DNA from: Gemmatimonadota bacterium
GTDB lineage: Bacteria; Gemmatimonadota; Gemmatimonadetes; Gemmatimonadales; GWC2-71-9
Direction: 5' to 3'
Assembly (NCBI GenBank): GCA_039587315.1
Contig: JBDHIS010000005.1
Span: 36,965-100,964 of the forward strand
DNA length: 64,000 bases
Part shown: positions 8,464-17,383 of the stretch, piece by piece
Layout of the letters: every line of letters starts with the position of its first letter
Position numbering within the stretch: the stretch's first letter is position 1
Position numbers and translations under genes: made by a program
The notes under the pieces: generated by a model
What the model was told of the DNA's origin: nothing
Seen by the model: the letters and a program-made list of their open reading frames with translations, nothing else
Database searches by the model: none

Positions 8464-9740
8464 AGCCGGTGCTCTTGAAGGGCGGAAGGGTCGTGGATCC
8501 CTCCCAGGGCCACGATGCCGTCGCAGATCTCCTCATCGTGGACGGTAAGGTCGAGGCGCTGAAGAAGAAGCTCTCGGCGCCGGACGGGGCGGAGGTCGTC
8601 GACTGCAAGGGCAAGGTCGTGGCGCCCGGCCTCGTGGACATCCACGTCCACCTGCGCGAGCCGGGGCGCGAGGATGCGGAGACGGTGGCCTCCGGAGCCC
8701 AGGCGGCTGCGGCGGGCGGCTTCACCTCGGTTTGCGCGATGCCCAACACCGACCCGGTAACCGACAACCAGGCGGCGGTGGGATTCATCGTGAAGCAGGC
8801 CGCTGACGCGGGCGCCGCCCGCGTGTACCCCATCGGGGCTACCACCCTGGGGCAGAAGGGCGAGCAGCTCTCCGAGTTCGGCGAGATGGTGCACGCCGGC
8901 GCCGTGGCGGTCAGCGACGACGGCCACCCGGTGGTCTCCACCCAGATCATGCGGAGCGCGCTCGAGTATGCGCGCTCCTTCGGGATTCCGGTGGCGGAGC
9001 ACTGTGAGGATCCCTACCTGTTCAAGCACGGCGTGATGCACGAGGGTACGGTCTCGGCCAGGATGGGATTGAAGGGCATTCCCTCCGCCTGCGAGGACAT
9101 CATGGTGGCGCGCAACCTCCTGTTGGCGGAGTTGACGGGCGGGCACGTACACCTGTGCCACATGTCGAGTCGGGAGTCCGTAGAGTTGATCCGGCGCGCC
9201 AAGGACCGGAACGTGACCGTCACCGCCGAGGCTGCCCCGCATCACTTCGCCCTCACCCACGAGGCGACCGAGGGTTACGACACCAACGCCAAGATGAACC
9301 CTCCGCTCCGCGAGGAGGCAGACGTGGAGGCCGTCCGCGACGGGCTCAAGGACGGGACGCTCGACGCGATCGCGACGGATCACGCCCCTCATCACTACGA
9401 ATCCAAGGAGCGCGAGTTCGACGATGCGCCGTTCGGCATCATCGGATTGGAGACAGCGCTCGGGATCGGGCTCACACAGCTGGTGGGTGAGGGCTGCCTC
9501 ACGCTTCCCGAGCTCGTGAACCGGATGAGTACTGAGCCCGCCAGGATCTTCCATTTGCCCGCCGGCACCTTGCGGCGCGGCGTGGCGGCCGACGTCGTGG
9601 TGTTCGACCCCGAGGCGCGCTGGGTGGTGGACCCGGGGGCCTTCCTGTCCAAGAGCCGCAATACCCCGTTCGGGGGCTGGGAACTGACCGGCAAGGTGGA
9701 GCGTACCTTGGTGGGCGGTGTGACGGTTTTCACAGGGTAG
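8460..9740 (+). CDS. pyrC: Dihydroorotase
   Basis: 426 aa; metal ligands [10 protein letters not shown], ...TDHAPH. ATGA overlap with pyrB. Confidence 0.9.
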   Translation: MKPVLLKGGRVVDPSQGHDAVADLLIVDGKVEALKKKLSAPDGAEVVDCKGKVVAPGLVDIHVHLREPGREDAETVASGAQAAAAGGFTSVCAMPNTDPVTDNQAAVGFIVKQAADAGAARVYPIGATTLGQKGEQLSEFGEMVHAGAVAVSDDGHPVVSTQIMRSALEYARSFGIPVAEHCEDPYLFKHGVMHEGTVSARMGLKGIPSACEDIMVARNLLLAELTGGHVHLCHMSSRESVELIRRAKDRNVTVTAEAAPHHFALTHEATEGYDTNAKMNPPLREEADVEAVRDGLKDGTLDAIATDHAPHHYESKEREFDDAPFGIIGLETALGIGLTQLVGEGCLTLPELVNRMSTEPARIFHLPAGTLRRGVAADVVVFDPEARWVVDPGAFLSKSRNTPFGGWELTGKVERTLVGGVTVFTG

Positions 9741-9870
9741 GAAAAGCGTGACGCACGCCGCTGCGGCGCGTGACGGAAGTGACCAAAGTTGTTATATCTT
9801 AACAGGATAGCAGCTTAGCCACCGCTCGCTGGCCGGCGCCTCCCCGTCGCCCAGCCGTAGGAGAGAGCAG

Positions 9871-10785
9871 TTGACAGCCAAACGCTCCAAGAGTTCGACC
9901 GCCGATATCCAGAAGCTGCTGGACGAGAAGCGGCAGATCGAGCAGTGGCTCCAGCGCCTCGACATGGCCGCGGACAAGACGCCCGAGGGCGTGCGGGACA
10001 AGGTCAAGTCCGATTATGGCAAGCGCTACGAGGTGATCCTCGAGGAGCTGCAGGGGTTTCGTGCTGAGCTCTCTACCAAGGTGGATCAGCAGCGTCTGGT
10101 CCGCGACGATCTGGCGGCTCGCGAAGCCCAGGAGTCCGAGCGCATGGCCGAGGCCGAGCTGCGCCATACCGTGGGCGAGTTCGACGAGGCCAGATGGGCC
10201 GAGCTACGCAGCGAGATCCTCGAAAACCTGGTGAGAATCCGCGAGGAGCTCAAGGTCGCCGAGGACGAGATCGCCGGCTTCGAGGAGGTCGTGTCGGCAG
10301 TGGATACGGCCGAGAGCCAGCCGGCGCCAGAGCCGGAACCGGAGCTGGCGCCCGAGCCAGAACCGGAACCGGAACCGGCGCCAGAGCCGGAGCCCGAAAT
10401 CCTGAAGGGGCCGACCACCGATGAGGTGGCTCCGAGTCTGGATCAGCCTGCGCAGACCGAAGCCTTCGACGAGCTCGAGTTCCTGCGCTCCGTTACTGGC
10501 GAGGAAGGCCAGCCGAAACGCCGCTTGAGCGGCGCCCAACCGCGGCTCTCCACCGACGACCTGGTGTCGCCGGTCACGAACGACGAAGAGGACCAGCAGC
10601 TGGGGGATACACCCCGCCCGCCGCGGATTTCTGAAGTTGGAGCTGAGGGGGTCGGGCCGCTGAAGGAGGAGTCCAAGCCGGCGCGGGGCTCGGCCAAGAT
10701 CGTCAAGTGCGGGGAGTGCGGGGCGCCAAACCTCCCCACCGAGTGGTACTGCGAGCGCTGCGGCGCCGAGCTCGCAGCGCTCTAG
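9871..10785 (+). CDS. Hypothetical coiled-coil protein with PE-repeat linker and C-terminal zinc ribbon
   Basis: TTG start with AGGAGAG SD 6 nt upstream. Heptad-like N-terminal 145 aa, (PE)n spacer, acidic tail, terminal KCGECGAP...YCERCG CxxC-x12-CxxC ribbon. Confidence 0.6.
   Translation: MTAKRSKSSTADIQKLLDEKRQIEQWLQRLDMAADKTPEGVRDKVKSDYGKRYEVILEELQGFRAELSTKVDQQRLVRDDLAAREAQESERMAEAELRHTVGEFDEARWAELRSEILENLVRIREELKVAEDEIAGFEEVVSAVDTAESQPAPEPEPELAPEPEPEPEPAPEPEPEILKGPTTDEVAPSLDQPAQTEAFDELEFLRSVTGEEGQPKRRLSGAQPRLSTDDLVSPVTNDEEDQQLGDTPRPPRISEVGAEGVGPLKEESKPARGSAKIVKCGECGAPNLPTEWYCERCGAELAAL
10321..10398 (+). repeat. In-frame low-complexity CCG-GAR repeat encoding PAPEPEPELAPEPEPEPEPAPEPEPE
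   Basis: Read directly: imperfect 6-nt (ccg gaa / cca gag) tandem units inside the CDS 9871..10785. Confidence 0.8.
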
Positions 10786-11049
10786 CTACTTCTTGGGTCC
10801 CTTCTCGACTACGACCTTGTGCAGGCGGCGCTTGTTGCGCGCCGCGGCGTTCTTTGGCACGAGGTGCGTGCGTGCGGCGCGGTCCAGCAACTGCTCGGCT
10901 TCCTTGTAGGCTGCCTGGGCCTCTTCTTGCGTCTCCGCCTGCCTGACCTTCTTCACTGCTGACCGCAGGGCGCTCTTCTTCTGCCGGTTCTGTGCCCGGC
11001 GGCCCTCGGCCTGTCGCATTCGCTTCTTGGCTGACTTGATGTTCGGCAC
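10786..11049 (-). CDS. rpsT: 30S ribosomal protein S20
   Basis: 87 aa, MPNIKSAKKRMRQAEGRRAQNRQKKSALRSAVKK is the canonical S20 N-terminus. Confidence 0.95.
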   Translation of the reverse strand: MPNIKSAKKRMRQAEGRRAQNRQKKSALRSAVKKVRQAETQEEAQAAYKEAEQLLDRAARTHLVPKNAAARNKRRLHKVVVEKGPKK

Positions 11050-11203
11050 TTACGCTCCTCGTGATAAAACGGGGCCAATCGGGCCCCGGAAACGAACCGG
11101 AATACTATCGCGCAAGTGTCTGCCAGTCAAGGCGCTACGCCTTTGACACCGGCGCAGGGCGCCGTTAGCTTTCGGCCGCATCAACCGAGCGACACACCCC
11201 ACC

Positions 11204-11890
11204 GTGTACGAACTCCTAATAGCGCTGCCCGTGCTCCTCTTCTCCATGGTGGCGCACGAGTATGCGCACGGCTATGCAGCCCTCAAGCAGGGAGACCCGA
11301 CGGCCAAGGAGCTCGGACGACTGACCCTGAATCCACTGAAGCACATCGATCCGTTCATGACGGTGCTCCTGCCTCTGGCGGTGTTCTTCGCGTCGGGGGG
11401 GCGGATCGTGTTCGGTGGTGCCAAGCCCGTCCCTGTGAATCCGCGCAACTACCGCGATCCGAGGCGCGGGGACCTCATCGTCTCGTCCGCGGGGATCGTA
11501 ACGAACGCGGTGCTGTCGCTGGTGTGTCTGGTGCTGGGCATGGCCGTTGGTCTCGTGGCGGCGGCCGTTCCGGCATTGGAGGGGGCTCTGGCCCTCGTGC
11601 AGCGCGGGCTCCTGTGGGGAGTGTGGCTCAACCTGCTGCTCGCCTTCTTCAACCTGATCCCGATCCCCCCACTCGATGGGTCGCACCTCCTGTACCACGC
11701 GCTGCCGCCCCAATGGGCGGCGCGGTATAGGGCAGTAGGGCGCTACGGTGTGTTTGCCCTGATGCTGCTCATCCTGATCGCGCCCCAGGTGCTCTACGGG
11801 CTGCTGACTCCTGCCTTCGCGCTGCAGGACGTCGCCTGCCACGTGGCCGCGCCGTACACTCTGCGGCCGTTCCCGTTGTGTGCCATATGA
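11204..11890 (+). CDS. Site-2 protease family (peptidase M50) membrane metalloprotease
   Basis: HEYAHG zinc motif in the first TM segment, FNLIPIPPLDGSH second motif, multiple TM helices. GTG start. Confidence 0.8.
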   Translation: MYELLIALPVLLFSMVAHEYAHGYAALKQGDPTAKELGRLTLNPLKHIDPFMTVLLPLAVFFASGGRIVFGGAKPVPVNPRNYRDPRRGDLIVSSAGIVTNAVLSLVCLVLGMAVGLVAAAVPALEGALALVQRGLLWGVWLNLLLAFFNLIPIPPLDGSHLLYHALPPQWAARYRAVGRYGVFALMLLILIAPQVLYGLLTPAFALQDVACHVAAPYTLRPFPLCAI

Positions 11891-12624
11891 CGGTGCCGTC
11901 GATAGTGCAATCGAACGAGACCCCCTTCGTCGTTGAGCTCGAAGGCTTCTCGGGCCCGCTGGACCTGCTGCTCCATCTCATTCGGGAGCAGGAGATCGAC
12001 ATCGCCGATATCCCCATCGCTTCCATCGCGGATCAGTTCCTCGCGGCGATCCAGGAGCTGGGGCTGAACGAAGCCGCCGACTACCTGGAGATGGCGGCGC
12101 ACCTGCTCCGTATCAAGATCCAGCTCCTGTTGCCGCGTCCGTTCGATGACGAATCGTGGGAGGATCCGCGAGCCGAACTGGTGCGGCGCCTGCTCGAATA
12201 CGAGCAGATCCGCGAAGTGGCGGACTGGCTGGCTCAACGTGTGAGCGCACACGCGGGGCGGTTCCCGCGCGGGTGGTTGCAGGAGGCTCCCGAGGCGCCG
12301 CCTCAGCCGGTCGCGGTGAGCGTCGAGGAGTTGCTGGTCGCAGTGGAGGAGTTGATCGAGTCGATGCCCGAGGCGGTGCTGCACCGCGTGGTGCCGCGTC
12401 CGCTGGACGTGGAAGGGGCGACCAAGCGGATTCTCGGCTTGCTGGAGCAGCGCGAGGAACTCACGTTGCTCGAGGCGATCGGAGAGGAAACGGGGATCGT
12501 CGACGTGCTGTCCACGCTGTTGGCCCTGCTCGAGCTGGCGCGCGTCGGCCGCATCAGTCTGGCTCAACGAAAGTCCTTTGGCACGGTGGCAATAGTCCGT
12601 GAACCCGATAACACAGCTGTTTGA
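11887..12624 (+). CDS. scpA: Segregation and condensation protein A
   Basis: FSGPLDLLLHLIREQEIDIADIPIASIADQF is the ScpA signature. ATG 11887 forms an ATGA overlap with the M50 stop (the ORF track starts at GTG 11878). Confidence 0.85.
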   Translation: MTVPSIVQSNETPFVVELEGFSGPLDLLLHLIREQEIDIADIPIASIADQFLAAIQELGLNEAADYLEMAAHLLRIKIQLLLPRPFDDESWEDPRAELVRRLLEYEQIREVADWLAQRVSAHAGRFPRGWLQEAPEAPPQPVAVSVEELLVAVEELIESMPEAVLHRVVPRPLDVEGATKRILGLLEQREELTLLEAIGEETGIVDVLSTLLALLELARVGRISLAQRKSFGTVAIVREPDNTAV

Positions 12625-13156
12625 GGCCGCGTTGTTCGCGGCGGACCACGTGCTCTCTCTGGGTGAGCTCCGCCGGCTGGCGCCGGAGGCGACGGAGGAC
12701 GAGGTCCGTGCCGCCCTCGATGACCTGCGCGAGCACTACGACGCGCACGGACATGGAGTGGAGCTGGCGGAGGTAGCGGACGGTTTCCAGGTGGTGTCCC
12801 GACGCGAGCTGGCTGAAGCCATAGCCGAAGCCCACCTGGTGTCGAGGCCGCGCAAGCTGAGCAGAGCGGCACTCGAGACGCTGGCGGTGATTGCCTATCG
12901 GCAGCCCGTGAGCCGAGCGCAGATCGAGGAGATCCGGGGAGTGTCGGTCGAGGGCGTGCTGCGTTCCCTGCAGGAGCGGGGAGTGGTGGAGGCGGTGGGA
13001 CGCGCCGAAGGCCTCGGGCGTCCGCTGCTCTACGGCACGACGCCGTCGTTTCTGGAGCTGCTCGGGATCAAGGGGACCGAGGATTTGCCGAGGCTGGAGG
13101 AGCTGTCGGTGGCGCTGCACTCTCCAACAGAGGCGCCCGAGACGCTCGAGCAGTGA
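12599..13156 (+). CDS. scpB: Segregation and condensation protein B
   Basis: 185 aa; LEAALFAA...LS, ETLAVIAYRQPVSRAQIEEIRGV and GRAEGLGRPLLYGTT winged-helix blocks typical of ScpB. Confidence 0.85.
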   Translation: MNPITQLFEAALFAADHVLSLGELRRLAPEATEDEVRAALDDLREHYDAHGHGVELAEVADGFQVVSRRELAEAIAEAHLVSRPRKLSRAALETLAVIAYRQPVSRAQIEEIRGVSVEGVLRSLQERGVVEAVGRAEGLGRPLLYGTTPSFLELLGIKGTEDLPRLEELSVALHSPTEAPETLEQ

Positions 13157-13869
13157 CGACCATGCGGCTGCAGCGCGCCCTGGCACGAGCCGGAGTGGCC
13201 TCGAGGCGACGGGCCGAGGATCTGATCCGGGCGGGGCGGGTGAAGGTGAACGGGCGGGTTGCCGAGCTCGGAGTGAGCGTGGATCCCGACAGCGACGTGA
13301 TCACCGTCGGCGGCCGCCGGATAGCGCAGGCGCAGAGCGTCTGGATCGCGCTCAACAAGCCGCTGGGGTATGTGGTCACGAAGCGGGATCCTGAAGGGCG
13401 CCGCACGATCTTCGAGCTGCTCCCCAAGGTACCGGGGCTCACGTACGTGGGGAGGCTCGACGTAGCTACGTCCGGGCTCCTACTGCTGACCACGGACGGT
13501 ACGGCGGCACATCAGCTGATGCACCCGAGCTTCGCCGTGGAGCGTACGTACAGAGTGCTGGTGCACGGGCGTTCCGGTAACGAGATTCGACGTATGTTGG
13601 ATCGACCGGTGGTGATCGACAGTCGGCCCGTTCAAGTCGTCAAGGCGGTCGTGCGAGAGGGTGAACGGGGTTCCAGCGACCTCTTACTGGTGCTTGCGGA
13701 GGGACGCTACCGCATAGTGCGGCGGCTGTGTGAGCGGCTGGGACTCAAGGTGGAGCGGCTAACCAGGCTGAGTCATGGGCCGGTGCGGCTCGGACGCCTG
13801 GCCCCGGGCAAGTGGCGCTATCTATCGAAGCGTGAACTCCAGGCGGTGCGCGACATGCGCGCGGCCTGA
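13153..13869 (+). CDS. rluB: Pseudouridine synthase, RsuA/RluB family
   Basis: N-terminal S4 domain (RLQRALARAGVASRRRAEDLI..GRVKVNG), catalytic GRLDVATSGLLLLTTDG. scpA-scpB-rluB synteny is common. Confidence 0.75.
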   Translation: MTTMRLQRALARAGVASRRRAEDLIRAGRVKVNGRVAELGVSVDPDSDVITVGGRRIAQAQSVWIALNKPLGYVVTKRDPEGRRTIFELLPKVPGLTYVGRLDVATSGLLLLTTDGTAAHQLMHPSFAVERTYRVLVHGRSGNEIRRMLDRPVVIDSRPVQVVKAVVREGERGSSDLLLVLAEGRYRIVRRLCERLGLKVERLTRLSHGPVRLGRLAPGKWRYLSKRELQAVRDMRAA

Positions 13870-13884
13870 TACGGGAAGCGAGCG

Positions 13885-15519
13885 ATGGAACTCAAGGGCA
13901 AGACGGTACTCATTCTGGGCGGCAGCGGGTTGGTGGGACGGGCGGTGGCACGCAAGCTGCTCGACTTTCGGCCCAGGAGAATCGTACTCGTAGCGCTGTA
14001 CGAGGACGAGGTGACTGAGGGTTCCGAGCGGCTGTCGGCGCACGCCGGCAAGACCGAGATATGCGCCGAGTGGGGCGACGTGTTCGTACCGACCAGCGTC
14101 GCGAAGCTGGAGCGGAGCGAGATGCTGTCTGATCCGGCGCACCGCGAGCTGGTGTTGGGGGACATTCTCGGCGAGCTCAATCGGGAGGTCCTCGAACGGA
14201 GCTTTCTATTCCAGCTATTCCAGCGCTACGAACCCGACGCCGTGGTCGACTGCATCAACACCGCCACGGCGTTCGCGTATCAGGACGTGTTCCACAGCTC
14301 GCGGGCGCTACTCGAGGCTGCGCGCTCCGGCCCCGTCAGCCGCGAGCACGTGGAGGAGCACATCCTCTCCATTCCGATGCCGCAGCTGATTCGCCACGTG
14401 CAGATCATGCTGGAGTGCCTGAGGACCTTCCCGACGGAAGCCTACATGAAGATCGGGACCAGCGGCACGGGAGGCATGGGTCTCAACATCCCATACACCC
14501 ACTCCGAGGAGCGTCCGTCCCGCACGCTGCTCACCAAGTCGGCCGTGGCCGGAGCTCATTCGCTGCTGCTGTGGCTGGTTGCGCGGACTCCCGGGGCGCC
14601 TGCGACGATGGAGATCAAGCCCACGACGGCCATTGCCTGGCGCGACCTCGCGTACGGTCCGGTGCGCCGCAAGGGACAGCCGGTGCAGAAGATCGACTGT
14701 CCCAAGCCGCTCGACGTGGGCGGCGCGTTCGGGACCGATGCGGGCGGTTGGGTGGACACCGGTTCGGTGCTCGAGTCGGTTTGGGCCGACTGCGGGGAGA
14801 ACGGGCAGTTCGCGCGCGAGGAGTTCGAGACGGTCACGTCACTGCGCCAGATGGAGTTCATCACGCCCGAAGAGGTGGCGGCGTACGTCGTAATGGAGTT
14901 GCAGGGACATCCGACCGGCCGCGACGTCATGACGGCACTGGACGCGGCCACGGCCGGCCCTACCTACCAGGCGGGAATCCTGCGCGCGTTCGCCATAGAC
15001 CGGCTGAAGGAGCTCGAGAAGCGGCACCGCCTTCACTCGGTGGCGTTCGAGAGCCTGGGGCCGCCGCGCCTCACGAAGGCGCTGTACGAGGCGTTCGTGC
15101 TCTCGAGGTTGCGCGGGTCCGTGGCGGAGTTGGCCAAGAGCGATTCAAAGTCACTTTCAGCGGAGGCGGTAGACCTGATTGCGCTGGACGCTGAGCTGCG
15201 CTCCACCATAGTGTCCGTGGGTCTTCCGGTGATCGTTCCGGACGGGAAGGTTTATAGGGGAGAGGTGGTCATCATCCAGCCGGAGGGCGGCGACGTTGAG
15301 CAGGCAGTGGCCCGTGGCTGGGTCGATGTGCGGCCTGAGAACGTCGGCGTCTGGGTCGAGCGCGCCAAGCGCGTCGTGCAGCAGGCCGAGGCACGCGGGG
15401 ACGGGTCGGACAGCGGAGTCGAGTGGGGCGCGATGGAGCCGGGCGATGCCATAGGGCCGGCCAGGTTCGCGACCTGGATCTTCCGCAACGAGGAGGAAGG
15501 AGAGCGCTTCAAGCGATGA
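13885..15519 (+). CDS. Uncharacterised 544-aa cytoplasmic protein with N-terminal NAD(P)-binding Rossmann motif
   Basis: GKTVLILGGSGLVGRAVARKLL dinucleotide-binding motif at residues 5-26. No signal peptide or TM, and the remainder is not recognisable to me. Stop overlaps the moxR start (ATGA at 15516..15519). Confidence 0.7.
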   Translation: MELKGKTVLILGGSGLVGRAVARKLLDFRPRRIVLVALYEDEVTEGSERLSAHAGKTEICAEWGDVFVPTSVAKLERSEMLSDPAHRELVLGDILGELNREVLERSFLFQLFQRYEPDAVVDCINTATAFAYQDVFHSSRALLEAARSGPVSREHVEEHILSIPMPQLIRHVQIMLECLRTFPTEAYMKIGTSGTGGMGLNIPYTHSEERPSRTLLTKSAVAGAHSLLLWLVARTPGAPATMEIKPTTAIAWRDLAYGPVRRKGQPVQKIDCPKPLDVGGAFGTDAGGWVDTGSVLESVWADCGENGQFAREEFETVTSLRQMEFITPEEVAAYVVMELQGHPTGRDVMTALDAATAGPTYQAGILRAFAIDRLKELEKRHRLHSVAFESLGPPRLTKALYEAFVLSRLRGSVAELAKSDSKSLSAEAVDLIALDAELRSTIVSVGLPVIVPDGKVYRGEVVIIQPEGGDVEQAVARGWVDVRPENVGVWVERAKRVVQQAEARGDGSDSGVEWGAMEPGDAIGPARFATWIFRNEEEGERFKR

Positions 15520-16490
15520 CGTCACGCGCCGTGAAGGCTCCCGACGCGGCAGTCACGACTGCGGTCGTGGAGGAGGTGCGCAAGCGCGTTGTGGGGCAGG
15601 AGGCAATGATCGAACGCCTGCTCGTGGGGATCCTCACGGGCGGGCACATCCTGTTGGAGGGCGTCCCCGGCCTCGCCAAGACCCTCGCGGTGCGCACGCT
15701 GGCAGAGGTGATTCGCACCACGTTCCAGCGGATTCAGTTCACGCCCGATCTGCTGCCGGCAGACATCATCGGCACGATGGTCTTCGATCAGAGGACCGGC
15801 GAGTTCCGGCCCAAGCGCGGTCCGCTCTTCACCAACATCCTGCTCGCCGACGAGATCAATCGCGCCCCCGCCAAGGTGCAGGCCGCCCTGCTGGAGGCGA
15901 TGCAGGAGAAGCAGGTGACCATCGGCAGCGAGACTCACGCCCTGGACGAGCCGTTCCTGGTGCTCGCCACCCAGAATCCGATCGAGCAGGAGGGGACCTA
16001 CCCGCTGCCGGAGGCGCAACTCGACAGGTTCATGCTCAAGGTGTTCGTCGGCTATCCGAACCGTGACGACGAGAAGGAAATCCTGTGGCGCATGGCCGGT
16101 GGGCAGGACATCCCGGTTAGTCGCGTGGCCGACCCCGAGGAGATCCTCGCCATCCGGCGCACGATCGCCGAGTTGTACATGGACCAGAAGATCGTCGACT
16201 ACATAGTCGACGTGGTGCGTGCCACGCGGGAGCCGCAGTCGATCGGCCTTCACGAGGTGCGCCCCCTCATCGCCTACGGCGCGAGCCCGCGCGCGTCCAT
16301 CTACCTGGCGCAGGCAGCCAGGGCGCACGCCTTCCTGCGCGGCCGCGCTTATGTCGTTCCCGAGGACATCAAGGCCATGGCGCCCGACGTACTGCGGCAC
16401 CGCGTGTTGCTCACGTTCGAGGCCGAAGCCGAGGACATCACCTCCGACGGGGTGATCCATAAGATCCTGGAGGCCGTGGACGTCCCGTGA
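15516..16490 (+). CDS. moxR: MoxR-family AAA+ ATPase
   Basis: Walker A GVPGLAKT, Walker B LLADEINRA, VLATQNPIEQEGTYPLPEAQLDRF. Start trimmed to MTSRAV (15516). Confidence 0.9.
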   Translation: MTSRAVKAPDAAVTTAVVEEVRKRVVGQEAMIERLLVGILTGGHILLEGVPGLAKTLAVRTLAEVIRTTFQRIQFTPDLLPADIIGTMVFDQRTGEFRPKRGPLFTNILLADEINRAPAKVQAALLEAMQEKQVTIGSETHALDEPFLVLATQNPIEQEGTYPLPEAQLDRFMLKVFVGYPNRDDEKEILWRMAGGQDIPVSRVADPEEILAIRRTIAELYMDQKIVDYIVDVVRATREPQSIGLHEVRPLIAYGASPRASIYLAQAARAHAFLRGRAYVVPEDIKAMAPDVLRHRVLLTFEAEAEDITSDGVIHKILEAVDVP

Positions 16491-17383
16491 CGCATCCGTC
16501 CCGCATCGTCGGGGCCGACGTGTTGCGTCAGGTGAAAACGATAGAGCTGCGCACACGCCGGCTCGTCAACACGCTCTTCTCCGGTGAATACCGCTCGGTT
16601 TTCCGTGGACACGGCATGGAGTTCGCGGAGGTGCGGGCCTACCAGCAGGGCGACGACTACCGCTCGATAGACTGGAACGTCTCGGCGAGGATGGGCTCGC
16701 CGTACGTGAAGACGTTCATGGAGGAGCGTGAGCTCACGCTCCTCTTGGTCGTGGACCGATCGGGTTCTGAGGAGTTCGGCGCTCCGGTGGCCAAGGCCGA
16801 GCTGGGCGTCGAGGTGGCTGCGGTCCTCGCCCTGGCGGCCGCCCGGCAGAACGACCGGGTCGGCGGGCTCATCTTCTCGGGTGGGATCGATCACGTGGTC
16901 CCGCCGCGCAAGGGACGGTTGCACGCCCTGCGCATCGTGCGCGACCTGCTCGCCTTCCAACCGCAGGACCGGCGCACGAACATCGCGTCCGCACTCGCGT
17001 ACGCCACGCGGCTGCTGCGGCACCGCTCCATCGTCGCTGTTCTCTCTGACTTTCGCGCGCCCGGATGGGAGGAGGCGCTCGGCCGTCTGACCCGGCGCCA
17101 CGAGGTCGTGGCCATCACGGTCGACGACCCGCGCGAGTTCGAGCTCCCCGACGCCGGGTGGATCGAGCTCGAGGATGCTGAATCGGGTGAGCGTGAGTTG
17201 GTGGACACGTCGCACGGACCGACACGCCTCGCTCTCGCGATGGCCGCGGAAAAGGTACGGCTTTCTCGCTCCCGTGCGCTCAAACAGGCGCAGGTGGATC
17301 ACATTGCCCTGCGCACCGACCGGCCGTATGCCGAGGCACTTCACCGCGCGTTCGCCGAGCGCGCGCGGCGGCTCAAACGGTGA
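16487..17383 (+). CDS. DUF58 protein (MoxR-associated, vWA-like)
   Basis: GEYRSVFRGHGMEFAEVRAYQQGDDYRSIDW is the DUF58 signature. GTGA overlap with moxR. Confidence 0.8.
   Translation: MTHPSRIVGADVLRQVKTIELRTRRLVNTLFSGEYRSVFRGHGMEFAEVRAYQQGDDYRSIDWNVSARMGSPYVKTFMEERELTLLLVVDRSGSEEFGAPVAKAELGVEVAAVLALAAARQNDRVGGLIFSGGIDHVVPPRKGRLHALRIVRDLLAFQPQDRRTNIASALAYATRLLRHRSIVAVLSDFRAPGWEEALGRLTRRHEVVAITVDDPREFELPDAGWIELEDAESGERELVDTSHGPTRLALAMAAEKVRLSRSRALKQAQVDHIALRTDRPYAEALHRAFAERARRLKR

Noticed and set aside
10321-10398. Short tandem repeat considered as a CRISPR-like or VNTR element.
   Set aside because: Units are 6 nt, in frame, and encode a Pro-Glu spacer within a CDS. There are no spacers or cas genes, so it is reported only as a coding low-complexity repeat.
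1586-16490. Possible link between the RuBisCO-like protein and the MoxR AAA+/vWA genes, by analogy with CbbQ/CbbO RuBisCO activases.
   Set aside because: The genes are 13 kb apart and separated by unrelated operons. The MoxR gene sits in a canonical Bat-type context (DUF58, BatA-E), not next to a CbbO-like giant vWA protein.
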